Assembly (NCBI GenBank): GCA_034670305.1
Contig: JAXMNT010000002.1
Span: 1-64,000 of the forward strand
DNA length: 64,000 nucleotides
Reading direction: 5' to 3'
Origin: Deltaproteobacteria bacterium
GTDB taxonomy: Bacteria > Myxococcota_A > Polyangia > Polyangiales > Houyiibacteriaceae
Notes under the pieces: generated by a model
The model's database searches: none
What the model was told of the DNA's origin: nothing
What the model saw: only the letters and a program-made list of their open reading frames with translations
Translations under genes and position numbers: made by a program
Shown here: positions 1-10,539 of the stretch, one piece after another
Numbering within the stretch: position 1 is the stretch's first letter
How the letters are laid out: every line of letters begins with the position of its first letter

Positions 1-222
1 ACTCCGAAGCCGAAGCCGACTCCGAAGCCGAAGCCGACTCCGAAGCCGAAGCCGACTCCGAAGCCGAAGCCGACTCCGAAGCCGAAGCCGACTCCGAAGC
101 CGAAGCCGACTCCGAAGCCGAAGCCGACTCCGAAGCCGAAGCCGAAGCCGAAGCCGACGCCGACTCCGAAGCCGAAGCCGAAGCCGAAGCCGAAGCGGAC
201 TCCGAAACCGACTCCGACTCCG
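1..222. repeat. Hexamer-based tandem repeat tract (NCCGAN); 8 perfect copies of 18-mer ACTCCGAAGCCGAAGCCG at 1-144, then degenerate
   Basis: Read directly from the sequence; the tract runs off the left window edge. Confidence 0.97.
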
Positions 223-1431
223 ATGGCGACTGGACGTCGTCGGGCGGACTTTGGGCAGCGCAGTGACCTCACGTTCAAGGACAACGCGGCGGCGGGCAGG
301 CATGGGTGGCTTCGGCTGACGCCGGCGTACTCGCGGCGCATCGTGGAGACGCTGCTGGACGCGCACGTGGCGCCGCGGGTGCTGGACCCGTTCTCGGGCA
401 GCAGCACGACACCGCTGGCGGCTGCGATGCGCGGCAGAGACGCGACGGGGGTGGAGCTCAACCCGTTTCTGGTGTGGTTCGGTTCGGTGAAACTCCGGCG
501 GCTCGGCCGACAGGTGGTGACGCGCTGTGAGTTGGCGCTCGAGCGCGTGATGGGCCGGTTCGGCGAGGACCCGGTCCTGCCGCCTCCGATCCACAAGATC
601 GAGCGGTGGTGGACCCCGCCGGTGCTCGCCTGGTTGTGCGCGCTCAAGGGCGCCATCGACGCCGAGTCCGCGCTGTCCCGAGACCTGCTGACCATCGCGT
701 TCTGCCGGACGATGATGGCTCTCTCGAGCGCGTCGTTCGGCCACGTGTCGATGTCGTTCGGCGACGCCCGCACGCCGGACGACCTCGAAGGCGCCGCCAC
801 CGCTCAGTTCCGCGTCGACGTCGCCCACGTGCTTGCCGGCGCATCGGCGTCTCCCAAGCGTCCCGGCCGGGTGCACCGAGGCGATGCGCGCACCCTGCTG
901 CCAATTCAGGGAGAGCAGTTCGACGTGGTCGTGACCTCGCCGCCCTACCCCAACCGCATGTCCTACATCCGCGAGCTCCGTCCGTACATGTACTGGACAG
1001 GCCACCTGCAGGCCGCGAAGCAGGCTGGGGAACTCGACTGGAAAGCCATCGGCGGAACGTGGGGCGTCGCCACCAGCCGCCTCGCCAAGTGGACCCGGTC
1101 CACCGGCGCCCGGCCCACGTCGCTCGAATCGCTGCTGCCGAAGATCGCCGTCGCGCACCCCAAGAACGGTCCACTGCTCGCGGCCTACGTCGACCGCTAC
1201 TTCGAAGACGCCGCGACCCACCTAGCCGCACTGCGTCCCCTCATCGCCCAAGGCGGCAGCATTCACTACGTCGTCGGCAACTCGAGCTTCTACGGCGAAC
1301 TCGTGCCCGCCGAAGCCCTGTGGGCCGAGCTCATGGAAGCCGCCGGCTTCAAGTCGCCCGAAGTCACCATCCTCCGCAAACGAAACTCGAACAAGAAACT
1401 CTACGAGTTCCAAGTCTCCGCGGACGCGTAG
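223..1431 (+). CDS. Site-specific DNA methyltransferase, probably N4-cytosine, alpha-type motif order; no adjacent endonuclease
   Basis: SAM-binding motif [12 protein letters not shown] near the N-terminus, catalytic motif IV VVTSPPY later, C-terminal VVGNS. Start uncertain because the frame is open through the upstream repeat. Confidence 0.85.
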   Translation: MATGRRRADFGQRSDLTFKDNAAAGRHGWLRLTPAYSRRIVETLLDAHVAPRVLDPFSGSSTTPLAAAMRGRDATGVELNPFLVWFGSVKLRRLGRQVVTRCELALERVMGRFGEDPVLPPPIHKIERWWTPPVLAWLCALKGAIDAESALSRDLLTIAFCRTMMALSSASFGHVSMSFGDARTPDDLEGAATAQFRVDVAHVLAGASASPKRPGRVHRGDARTLLPIQGEQFDVVVTSPPYPNRMSYIRELRPYMYWTGHLQAAKQAGELDWKAIGGTWGVATSRLAKWTRSTGARPTSLESLLPKIAVAHPKNGPLLAAYVDRYFEDAATHLAALRPLIAQGGSIHYVVGNSSFYGELVPAEALWAELMEAAGFKSPEVTILRKRNSNKKLYEFQVSADA

Positions 1432-1437
1432 CGGGGT

Positions 1438-1656
1438 CCCGAAGCCGACTCCGAAGCAGACGCCGAAGCCGAAGCCGAAGCCGAAGCAGACGCCGAAGCC
1501 GAAGCCGAAGCAGACGCCGAAGCCGAAGCCGACGCCGACGCCGACCCCGAAGCCGAAGCCGAAGCCGAAGCCGAAGCAGACGCCGAAGCCGACCCCGAAG
1601 CAGACGCCGAAGCCGAAGCCGAAGGCGAAGCCGACCCGACCGAAGCCGAACTCCGG
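1438..1656. repeat. NCCGAN hexamer tract (GCCGAA/GCAGAC/GCCGAC/CCCGAA)
   Basis: Direct reading; lies between convergent genes. Confidence 0.95.
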
Positions 1657-1681
1657 TGGTTGGCGGGGACGTGGCTCGTCC

Positions 1682-1699
1682 GCGACCGCATGCGGTCGC
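1682..1699. terminator. Perfect 18-bp palindrome GCGACCGCATGCGGTCGC between convergent genes; possible bidirectional terminator or protein-binding site
   Basis: The self-complementary sequence is visible; there is no U-tract, so function is inferred. Confidence 0.4.
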
Positions 1700-1725
1700 T
1701 ACGGCAGCGGCGGCACGCCGGTGCC

Positions 1726-3198
1726 CTACGCTTTCTTCCAGCCCCGTTTGATGCCGTCGGTCAACATGCCTTCCGCGATCGCCTCCGCGGAGTCTTCGTC
1801 GGGCGCGAGGCGGACGTCGCGTTTGAGCGGGTCTTTGCGGCCCGGGCTGTAGTCGGTCCAGTGCACCACGTACGCGGGCCAGTCCTCGTCGTGGTCTTCT
1901 TTGTTCGTCTTCCAGACGAGCAACTTGCGCACCGCCGTCTTGCCCTTGGTGACCTTCACGTAGACCTCGCGGCGGAGCACTTCGCTCTTCGGCCGCTCGA
2001 TCTTCTCGGCCTTCTCATCGACGTTCTCGATGTAGACGCGCTCGAGCACCTGCTGGGCGCGCACGTCGACGGTGTTCACTTCTTTGTCGTCGCGGATGCG
2101 TTCGAAGACCGGGTGCAGGATGCTGACGCCGGTCAGCGCCGCGACCGGCATCCAGCGCGGCTTGCCGTCGTCGTCTTCGCCGAGTTCGAGCACCATGCGC
2201 TTGATGTTCTTGCCCGAGCTGTCTTCGGTCTGGATGTCCGTGACCTTGACCTGCACGACCACCCGCGGTTTGACGAACTTGAAGAGCGCCCCGGAGCTCG
2301 ACGCGTAGCTGTAGCCGCTGCCGATCGCATCGGGGGCGAGCTCTTCGTGCATCTCCTTGCGGAACGCGGCGGTGCCCATGTTGCCGCAGCTGCCGATGAC
2401 CTGGAACTGGCCGTTCTCTTTCATGACGGCGAGCAACATCGAACGGACCTGGTCGGTCTCGTCGGCGCGCTCGGTGAACGCGATCACCGCGGCGTCCAAG
2501 GTGAAGACCGGTTTGATCTTGAAGATCCGACCCATCGCCTTGCTGCGCGCGACGAGGCCTTCGCCCTTGCCACCTTCGACCCACTCGTCGAACAGATCGC
2601 GCACCGCGTCCGGGTCCGCAGCCTCGACGGTCTTGATCGCCTGCAGACGTTTGCCGCCTTCACAGAGCCGGCGCATCGCGTCGAGGCGGTCGCCGTATGC
2701 GGGCATCGGACCCTTGTTCTCCGAGTCGCCACCGATGAGCAGGTCGTAGGCGTGAAAGCCCATGCGCTGCACCTCGGCATCCGCGCCGCCGCCGAGCACC
2801 TTCGCGACGTCGCCACAGCGCGGCCGACCGTCCTTGCGGAGGGAGAAGAGTTCGCCCGCCAGCACCAGCCGACCACGCGCCCGCGGCAGGGCGAACTTCT
2901 TCGCTTCCTGCAGGACCGGGATGTCGCCGGTGATCACCTTGCCGTTCGGGGCGACCAAGGCGAGCTCCTCTTTGTCGATGACGAGGAACCACACCTGCCC
3001 ATCGATCTTCGGAGAGACCCAGAGGCCGCCCTTCGGGAGCTGGTCGAGCTCGTCCGGGTTCAGCGCCCGGTAGCGGCTCGCGATGGTGCGTTTGTACCCG
3101 CCCACCAACTTGGCGAGTTCCAGGTCTTGGATGCTGCCCGCGGGCGCGAACTTGCCCTTGCCGATCGGCGAGGCGTTCGAGAGGTCGAAGAGGCTCAT
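1726..3198 (-). CDS. ATP-dependent DNA ligase (adenylation + OB domains) with C-terminal WGR-like domain
   Basis: Nucleotidyltransferase motifs in order: I SPKIDG, III LAGELF, IIIa [25 protein letters not shown] fold [24 protein letters not shown]-terminal beta-rich domain ending [18 protein letters not shown]. Confidence 0.85.
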   Translation of the reverse strand: MSLFDLSNASPIGKGKFAPAGSIQDLELAKLVGGYKRTIASRYRALNPDELDQLPKGGLWVSPKIDGQVWFLVIDKEELALVAPNGKVITGDIPVLQEAKKFALPRARGRLVLAGELFSLRKDGRPRCGDVAKVLGGGADAEVQRMGFHAYDLLIGGDSENKGPMPAYGDRLDAMRRLCEGGKRLQAIKTVEAADPDAVRDLFDEWVEGGKGEGLVARSKAMGRIFKIKPVFTLDAAVIAFTERADETDQVRSMLLAVMKENGQFQVIGSCGNMGTAAFRKEMHEELAPDAIGSGYSYASSSGALFKFVKPRVVVQVKVTDIQTEDSSGKNIKRMVLELGEDDDGKPRWMPVAALTGVSILHPVFERIRDDKEVNTVDVRAQQVLERVYIENVDEKAEKIERPKSEVLRREVYVKVTKGKTAVRKLLVWKTNKEDHDEDWPAYVVHWTDYSPGRKDPLKRDVRLAPDEDSAEAIAEGMLTDGIKRGWKKA

Positions 3199-3265
3199 GA
3201 AAATTCCGTAGGTTCTGAAAGGAGCGATGCGCCGTGCAGCGGCGCGTGTTCTTGGTACGCGGCGG

Positions 3266-3973
3266 TCAGTCCGCGGGGCGGCGAAGTTCCATGTTCGAGA
3301 GGTGCAAGAGCAGCTGGTACTTCGGACCGTCGATGCGGCCTTCGAGGAAGGCGCGGTACGGCGTGCCGTTCGTCTGGAAGACGAGTGGGTCCTTGCCCTT
3401 TTTGCCCCCGCCCATGACGACCATCTGGCCTTCGTCGGCGAGCTCTTTCGCGATGCCGTAGAGGTAGTCGTACGTGAGGCCGTCCATGTGCGAGATCTGG
3501 ATTACGCGACCGAATACGAAGCGGCGCACGGCATCCGCCTTGTCCATCTTCTTGCCGGTCCAGCGAATCGGCAGCTCGTCGTTCACGTTCGCCTGTTTGT
3601 CTTCCCAGTCGCGGCGTTCTTTCTCTTCGCCGTCCGGTCCGGTGATGACCTCCACGACCTTCGGCGGCGCGTGCATGACGTCGCCGGCCTCCGAGAGGTA
3701 GACCTGGCTGACTTCGCCGATGCGGCGGCCGACCTCTTCCATGTCGACCTCCGGGTCTCCGTCGATGAGCTCCTGGCCGTAGTCGTCGCCGAACTCTTTC
3801 TCCATCGCGGCGTGCAAGCCGGGCGGGGTCGTGGAGAGGTAGCGCTTGAAGGTGACCTTCTTGCCCGGCAGGCCGAGCTTCGGTCCGTCGGGGGCTTTGA
3901 GGCTGAGGAACACGACGGTCGCGTTCCGGCCCTTGCTGTTGGTGAGATGGAGTTTTCTTTGGGGTGCAGGCAT
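3266..3973 (-). CDS. Putative divergent Ku-like protein B (235 aa)
   Basis: ATG at 3973 with GAGGA SD just after the upstream gene's stop. Segments GKKVTFKRY, PEVDMEEVGR, FVFGRVIQI, TYDYLYGIAKELADEGQMVVM and YRAFLEGR..LLLHL follow the order of Ku-core elements (by-eye comparison). Confidence refers to the Ku call; the CDS itself is near certain. Confidence 0.55.
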   Translation of the reverse strand: MPAPQRKLHLTNSKGRNATVVFLSLKAPDGPKLGLPGKKVTFKRYLSTTPPGLHAAMEKEFGDDYGQELIDGDPEVDMEEVGRRIGEVSQVYLSEAGDVMHAPPKVVEVITGPDGEEKERRDWEDKQANVNDELPIRWTGKKMDKADAVRRFVFGRVIQISHMDGLTYDYLYGIAKELADEGQMVVMGGGKKGKDPLVFQTNGTPYRAFLEGRIDGPKYQLLLHLSNMELRRPAD

Positions 3974-3980
3974 GTCTTCC

Positions 3981-4598
3981 TCAGAACATCTCGAAGTCGA
4001 GGTCGTCGCCGTCGTCGTCGTCGTCGTCTTCGGCACTGTCGAACGTGGGGATCATCTCTTCGGGGTCGCGCCACTGCGGCTCGACCAGGCGGCCGATGAG
4101 CGCGAAGATCTCGCCCTCGTCGTTGGCCATCAGGAACGCGGTCTCGGCCTGGTAGTCGGCGCGGTAGTTGAAGCTGAACTGGAAGAGTTCGCCCTCCATC
4201 AGCTGCTCTTCGAGGTCGCTGTCGATGTCGTCCGGGTCGAGCCCGTAGACACTCTGCAGGCGGAGATCGAGCACCGCAGAAGGGTCGACCGGACCTTGGA
4301 GTTCAACCTCCTTGCCGAGGGTCGAGTCGATCTTCTTCATCTTCTTGCCGTCGGCGTCGAGGCCGACGAGTTCCTTGTTGGGAACCCAGTGACCGTCGGG
4401 ATCGAAGTAGCCCTGAGCGGTCATGCCGCTCTTGACCATGATCGAGCCATCCTCGGTCAGCGCCGCGCGCTGGCAGGTGCCGCCTTTGGGATCCAACAGG
4501 ACCCGGCGCCGTCGACCGTAGAGTTTGCTCCGGTCTACTTTCGCCATGTCGAACGTGCTCGTGGAGCCGTTCCACGAAACCATGATCTGCCGCGCCAT
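3981..4598 (-). CDS. Putative divergent Ku-like protein A (205 aa) with acidic C-terminal tail
   Basis: SD GAGAGGGA. MAR start, AQGYFDPDGHWV, KEVELQGPVDPSAVLDLRLQSVYGLDP and LEEQLMEGELFQFSFNYR..AFL match Ku-core spacing (by eye). Ends DDDDDDGDDLDFEMF. Confidence 0.6.
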   Translation of the reverse strand: MARQIMVSWNGSTSTFDMAKVDRSKLYGRRRRVLLDPKGGTCQRAALTEDGSIMVKSGMTAQGYFDPDGHWVPNKELVGLDADGKKMKKIDSTLGKEVELQGPVDPSAVLDLRLQSVYGLDPDDIDSDLEEQLMEGELFQFSFNYRADYQAETAFLMANDEGEIFALIGRLVEPQWRDPEEMIPTFDSAEDDDDDDGDDLDFEMF

Positions 4599-4707
4599 GC
4601 GTTCCCTCTCTGCAACGAGTCAGTCCGCCCGAAGGCGGCGAGCGCGGAGGATACTCGAACTTCGAGGCGTTGTGCGGCAACGCCTCCGGCGGCGGTTGCC
4701 AGGCTGC

Positions 4708-5907
4708 TCAGGTCGGTGCGGGCGCCGGTTCGGACGCAGGTTGCACTGTGGGCGCGACCGGCTCCGTGGGTTCGGCTTCCACCGGCTCTTCGACGTACTC
4801 GTACTCGTACTCTTCTTCGACGAGCGCTTCTTCCGGTTCGACCACGTCGGGCTCCGGCTCTTCCTGCACGCCGGCGGTCACGACAGTGCGTACGCCGAGC
4901 GACAGGAACACCGCGTTGCTCGCGGCCGTGTTGCGGCCCCAGACGGTCCGGCCGTAGCCCACGTTGAACTCCACCGCGTCGGTGACGCGGATGATGCCGC
5001 CCACTTGGATGTCGATGGCGTCGCGTTCGAGGCGCACCTCCCGGAGCAGCAGGTTGTCCGTGCCCTGATACTCGGTCGCCGGAAGGCTGGGATCGATGGC
5101 GGCGACGCTCACGCCGATCAGATCGCCCTGGGTGACGGCGTAGGCGAAGTTGCCGCCGGCGTAGACCAGCAGCCGCTCGCCGATCGCTTGGCCGACCTTC
5201 AAGCTGGCGAGCACCTGGTCGCCCGCGCCCTGCAGCCGCAGGTTGTAGCCCGCTTGCACGACCATGAAGGTGCGGGACGGAAACGACGCGCCCATCAAGA
5301 AGTTCAGGTTCAGATCTACCTGACCGTCGCCAAGGGTCACGTCGTCCGAGACGTTGTTTGGGTTGACCACGCTGGCGATCTGCGCCTGGAAGTCTGCGAT
5401 GGTCGCCGGGTCGCTGCCGAACGTGCCCTCGGGCCGGTCGTACCCAGTCGGCGCCTTGAGGCGCAGCTCGACGGCGATGGGGAGCGGATCGTGGAGCAGC
5501 GCGTAACGGCCGGTGATCCAGATGTCGCCGACGCCCGCCTGGCTCTGGGAGAAGTCGAGGATGTTCTCCTGATAGAAGTCGAACGACTGAGGTGAACCGT
5601 CGCCTGGAAGCAGGATCACTGGGTCGGACACGTAGCTCACGAACTTGATCGGCACGGTGAGCTCGAGCTCGAGGTCGTCGGTCAGTCCGAAGCGGGTGTT
5701 CAGCGTGAAGGTGCTCGCCGAGTAGCGCCCTTGGAGCGGGAAACGGCGGGCTTCGCGGTCTTCGATGAACTCGCGGTTGGCCCACTGGTAGTCGTAGCCG
5801 GCGACGAACGCGACCTGCCGCTGGCGGAGGGTCCAGGGCGAAGCATGGGCTTGGGGCACGGCACACCACGTGGTCGCGCACACCGCGAGAACGAAAAGAA
5901 AGCGCAT
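4708..5907 (-). CDS. Outer-membrane beta-barrel 'transporter' family protein (MetA-pathway/COG4313-like)
   Basis: Signal peptide ending AHA; GVGDIWITGRYAL..VELRLKAPTGYD motif; alternating amphipathic strands; acidic Pro-rich tail. Confidence 0.6.
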   Translation of the reverse strand: MRFLFVLAVCATTWCAVPQAHASPWTLRQRQVAFVAGYDYQWANREFIEDREARRFPLQGRYSASTFTLNTRFGLTDDLELELTVPIKFVSYVSDPVILLPGDGSPQSFDFYQENILDFSQSQAGVGDIWITGRYALLHDPLPIAVELRLKAPTGYDRPEGTFGSDPATIADFQAQIASVVNPNNVSDDVTLGDGQVDLNLNFLMGASFPSRTFMVVQAGYNLRLQGAGDQVLASLKVGQAIGERLLVYAGGNFAYAVTQGDLIGVSVAAIDPSLPATEYQGTDNLLLREVRLERDAIDIQVGGIIRVTDAVEFNVGYGRTVWGRNTAASNAVFLSLGVRTVVTAGVQEEPEPDVVEPEEALVEEEYEYEYVEEPVEAEPTEPVAPTVQPASEPAPAPT

Positions 5908-5920
5908 GTCGTTGGTCTCT

Positions 5921-7675
5921 CTAGAAAGTGACGAAGCCCGGGCGCTGCTGCTCCATCGTCGAGTTCATGGTGTCCATCGGAACCCGGCGGCGGACCACCC
6001 GGCGTTTGGTGAGGCGCGGCGGGGTCTCCATCTCGGTTTCGACCGCGGCCATGGTGGTCTGCTCCATGGGCGTCGCCGTGCTGGTCGTGACCGTGGTCTC
6101 GGTGGCGTCGCCGCCTGCCGCAGAGGTCGAGGCCGTCATCGAATCCGGCGGCTCAGCCGTCATCGCGGACATGGTGCGGCGTGCCACCCGACGCATCGTC
6201 GGCGTGTCGGCGGTCTCGGTCTCGGCGGTCTCGGTCTCGGCCGTCTCGGCCGTCTCGGTCTCGGCCGTCTCGGTTTCGGCCGTCTCGGTTTCGGCCGTCT
6301 CGGTTTCGGTCTCCGCCTCGGTTTCGGTCTCGGTCTCGGCCGTCTCGGTCAGTCCGTTGTCAGCGGGCACGAGTTCGCGGGGTTCCGAAGCGACCTCGAC
6401 GGGGTTCGGGTCGGGGGTCTCTGCGGCCGGACCCGAGAGGGCGACCCAGGTCAGCAAGCCCGCACCGACGGCCGCAGCGAACACACCGAGGAGTACGCCA
6501 TGGGACTTCTTTCGGCGCGGGTACACCTCGGCGGTCGGGTCGGTGGTGCCGAACACGGGGCCGGTGCTGGCCTCGGGAGTCGCAGTGCTGGCTGTGACAA
6601 GCGCCCCCATCGACCCCGCGAGCATCGTCGGGTCCGTTTGAAACTGCGCCCTCGGTGCGGGCGGCACGATGCTCTTGGCCGCCATCAACGTCGCCCGGAC
6701 GTCGTCTTGCTGGAGCAACGCGCCGAGTGCGGCCTGAAGCTCTCCAGCGGTCTGCCAGCGGGCACCCGGATCGGCCTCCAAACACTTCATCACCAACGCG
6801 GCGAGCGCGGGGTGGATTTGGTAGTCCTTCTCCGTGATGGGCACCGGCTTCTGGGTGCAGACCGCGATGAGGAGCGCATGCACGCTCTCGCCATCGAAGG
6901 GCAGCTCGCCAGAGATCGCCTCGTACAGCATCACGCCCGCGCTCCAGATGTCGCTCGCGGGACCCGCGGTCGAGGGCGCGTTCACCTGCTCGGGGCTCAT
7001 GTAGGCCGGTGTTCCCAGCGCGATGCCGGTCGCCGTCCGCATGCGGGCGTCGCCGGCCTGTCGCGCCACCCCGAAGTCGAGCAACACGACGCGCTGACCG
7101 CCATCGGCAACGAAGATGTTCGCGGGTTTGAGATCTCGGTGCACGATCTCGTGGTCGTGCGCCGCGGCCAGTGGCCCAAGCGAACCACAGATGTACTCCA
7201 CGAGCTCGATGCGCGGACACTTGCCCGTGCTCCAGAGTTGGTCGAGGTCCGACCCGTCGAGCCGCTCCATCGCGAGGTAGAACCGGCCGTCTTCGAGCTG
7301 TCCCGCGTCGTGGAACCCGGGCACGCCGGGGTGCTTCAGGTGGGCGACCGCTTCGACCTCGCGGCGGAACCGCTCGAGCGCCATCTTGTCGTCCGGGCCG
7401 TCGAACTTCAGGACCTTCAGCGCCAACGGGAACTTCGCCCCCACGGCGCTGGCGGCGTAGACCGTGCCCATCGAGCCTCGGCCGAGCACTCCCTCGATCG
7501 AGTAGCCCTCGAGCACAAAGGTCGTCCGCTCCGACTGCGGCCCCACACCGGCAAGCAGGTCCTCTTCGGCTGCGAGCAGATCTTCTTCGGCTTCCTCGGA
7601 CTCCGTGTACTCGCCGCTGTCCTCCCCCTCTTCGAGAGGCTCAAAGGGCGAAATCGGGGAGGAGGGATCGGGCAT
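5921..7675 (-). CDS. Membrane-anchored Hanks-type Ser/Thr protein kinase
   Basis: LGRGSMGTVY, ALKVL, HRDLKPANI, DFG, GTPAYMSPEQ, SDIWSAG; one TM helix; ETAET low-complexity extracytoplasmic part. Start taken at ATG 7675. Confidence 0.93.
   Translation of the reverse strand: MPDPSSPISPFEPLEEGEDSGEYTESEEAEEDLLAAEEDLLAGVGPQSERTTFVLEGYSIEGVLGRGSMGTVYAASAVGAKFPLALKVLKFDGPDDKMALERFRREVEAVAHLKHPGVPGFHDAGQLEDGRFYLAMERLDGSDLDQLWSTGKCPRIELVEYICGSLGPLAAAHDHEIVHRDLKPANIFVADGGQRVVLLDFGVARQAGDARMRTATGIALGTPAYMSPEQVNAPSTAGPASDIWSAGVMLYEAISGELPFDGESVHALLIAVCTQKPVPITEKDYQIHPALAALVMKCLEADPGARWQTAGELQAALGALLQQDDVRATLMAAKSIVPPAPRAQFQTDPTMLAGSMGALVTASTATPEASTGPVFGTTDPTAEVYPRRKKSHGVLLGVFAAAVGAGLLTWVALSGPAAETPDPNPVEVASEPRELVPADNGLTETAETETETEAETETETAETETAETETAETETAETAETETAETETADTPTMRRVARRTMSAMTAEPPDSMTASTSAAGGDATETTVTTSTATPMEQTTMAAVETEMETPPRLTKRRVVRRRVPMDTMNSTMEQQRPGFVTF
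6205..6349 (-). repeat. Intragenic ACCGAG/ACCGAA/GCCGAG repeat encoding (ETAET)n
   Basis: Direct reading within the kinase CDS. Confidence 0.9.
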
Positions 7676-7861
7676 CACAGGTACAGAGTAAGCGGCCACG
7701 TGCCCATTGTTACGGGCGTAGGGCTGGTTCGGATCAGCAGGGTACCCCCAAATGGGTGCCGATCCCACGAAGCGGCCGCCGAAGCACAAGGACAAGAACG
7801 CTCTCCGGCGTTCTTCAGCCGCCTGTGGCAGGTCGGCCCGGAGACGTGCTAGAATCTGGCC

Positions 7862-8059
7862 GTGGACATTCGTCGTCGTCGCATGGGTCTTCGCCCCCCG
7901 TCCCTTCGAAAGGACGAACGAGGCGTCGCATCGGTCGAGTACACCATCGTACTCATTCTCATCGCCATGCTCGGCTTGGTGACGTGGGAGCGCTGGCACC
8001 GCACCCACGACGAGAAGGCCCAAGAGCAAGTGGCCACCGTCTCCTCACTCGACTGGTAG
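7862..8059 (+). CDS. Flp/Fap family type IVb (Tad) pilin
   Basis: 65 aa; prepilin motif KDERG|VASVEY followed by a hydrophobic helix. Alternative start ATG 7883. Confidence 0.8.
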   Translation: MDIRRRRMGLRPPSLRKDERGVASVEYTIVLILIAMLGLVTWERWHRTHDEKAQEQVATVSSLDW

Positions 8060-8233
8060 CGCCTCCCCCGCTGCTCACTCGACCGGTCGCGCCCCGGCCG
8101 GATGCCGTCTCAGCCCCATCGGCTTCGAGGCTCGAGCCAAGTTCCGCTTCGACCCGTGTAGCCGAACGCTGACCGCGGGAGAGCGCGCGGTGCGGTCCGC
8201 TGATGCGGTGCGCCTCGACCCTCGGAAACCCAA

Positions 8234-8799
8234 TCAGGCAGGTTCGAGTTCGAGCAGGACGTCGCCTCGGCTGACGTCCGCACCATCCTCGGGAACGATG
8301 CGCACCACCCGCGCCCGTTCGGGGAGGTCGTCCCCGCTGTACGCGATCCGGTTGAAGGTCTTCATGACCTCGAGCAGCCCGATCGCCGCGCCGCGCACGA
8401 TGGTGTCACCCACCGTCACGAAGCTCTCCTTGTCCGGGCTCGGCCGATGGTAGAAGCGCCCGCTCATCGGCGAGACGAAGACGAGGCCCGCGGTGGTGGC
8501 TTCGGCATGTTCTTCGGATGCTCCGGCTCCGGCGCCGGTCTGAGCCCGCGGATCGATCTGGAGCAGCAGAGTCGCGTGGTCGACGGGGACCCGCGCGTGG
8601 CCCGCGCCGAAGACTTCGACCACGACGCCGCCGACCGTCTTCGGCAGCGCGAGTGGGTGCAGTCGACCAAGGACCTCAAGTTCTCCGATGGCCGCGCCGG
8701 TTGCCAGGGGTGCTCCGACGTCCGGTGCGCCCCGCCAGCGTCCTGGTCCAGGGCCGAACACGTGCACGAGCCCTTCTGCAGACTTCTTGATGCGCACCT

Positions 8800-8803
<4 letters not shown>
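8234..8803 (-). CDS. Biotin carboxyl carrier protein with an extra N-terminal degenerate biotinyl-like domain
   Basis: C-terminal [31 protein letters not shown] overlap with upstream gene. Confidence 0.88.

Positions 8804-10535
<1,732 letters not shown>

Positions 10536-10539
<4 letters not shown>

Noticed and set aside
1-222. Repeat tracts as CRISPR arrays
   Set aside because: Contiguous 6/12/18-nt units without unique spacers; no cas genes
1401-1691. Poly-(AS), (KP), (RS), (EA), (GF) ORFs over hexamer tracts, also at 27364-27770, 37284-37826 and 58649-58900
   Set aside because: Stop-free translation is an automatic result of the repeat unit; no SD or independent coding evidence
1726-3198. 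Canonical LigD, RNA ligase or capping enzyme
   Set aside because: No polymerase/phosphoesterase domain; the OB fold after motif V fits a DNA ligase, though substrate is unproven
223-4598. Prophage or integrative element carrying the MTase, ligase and Ku-like genes
   Set aside because: No integrase, att sites, structural genes or evident compositional shift in the window; the region left of position 1 is unseen
7676-8029. N-terminal extension of the kinase ORF to 8029
   Set aside because: Overlaps the Flp pilin on the other strand; ATG 7675 is more plausible
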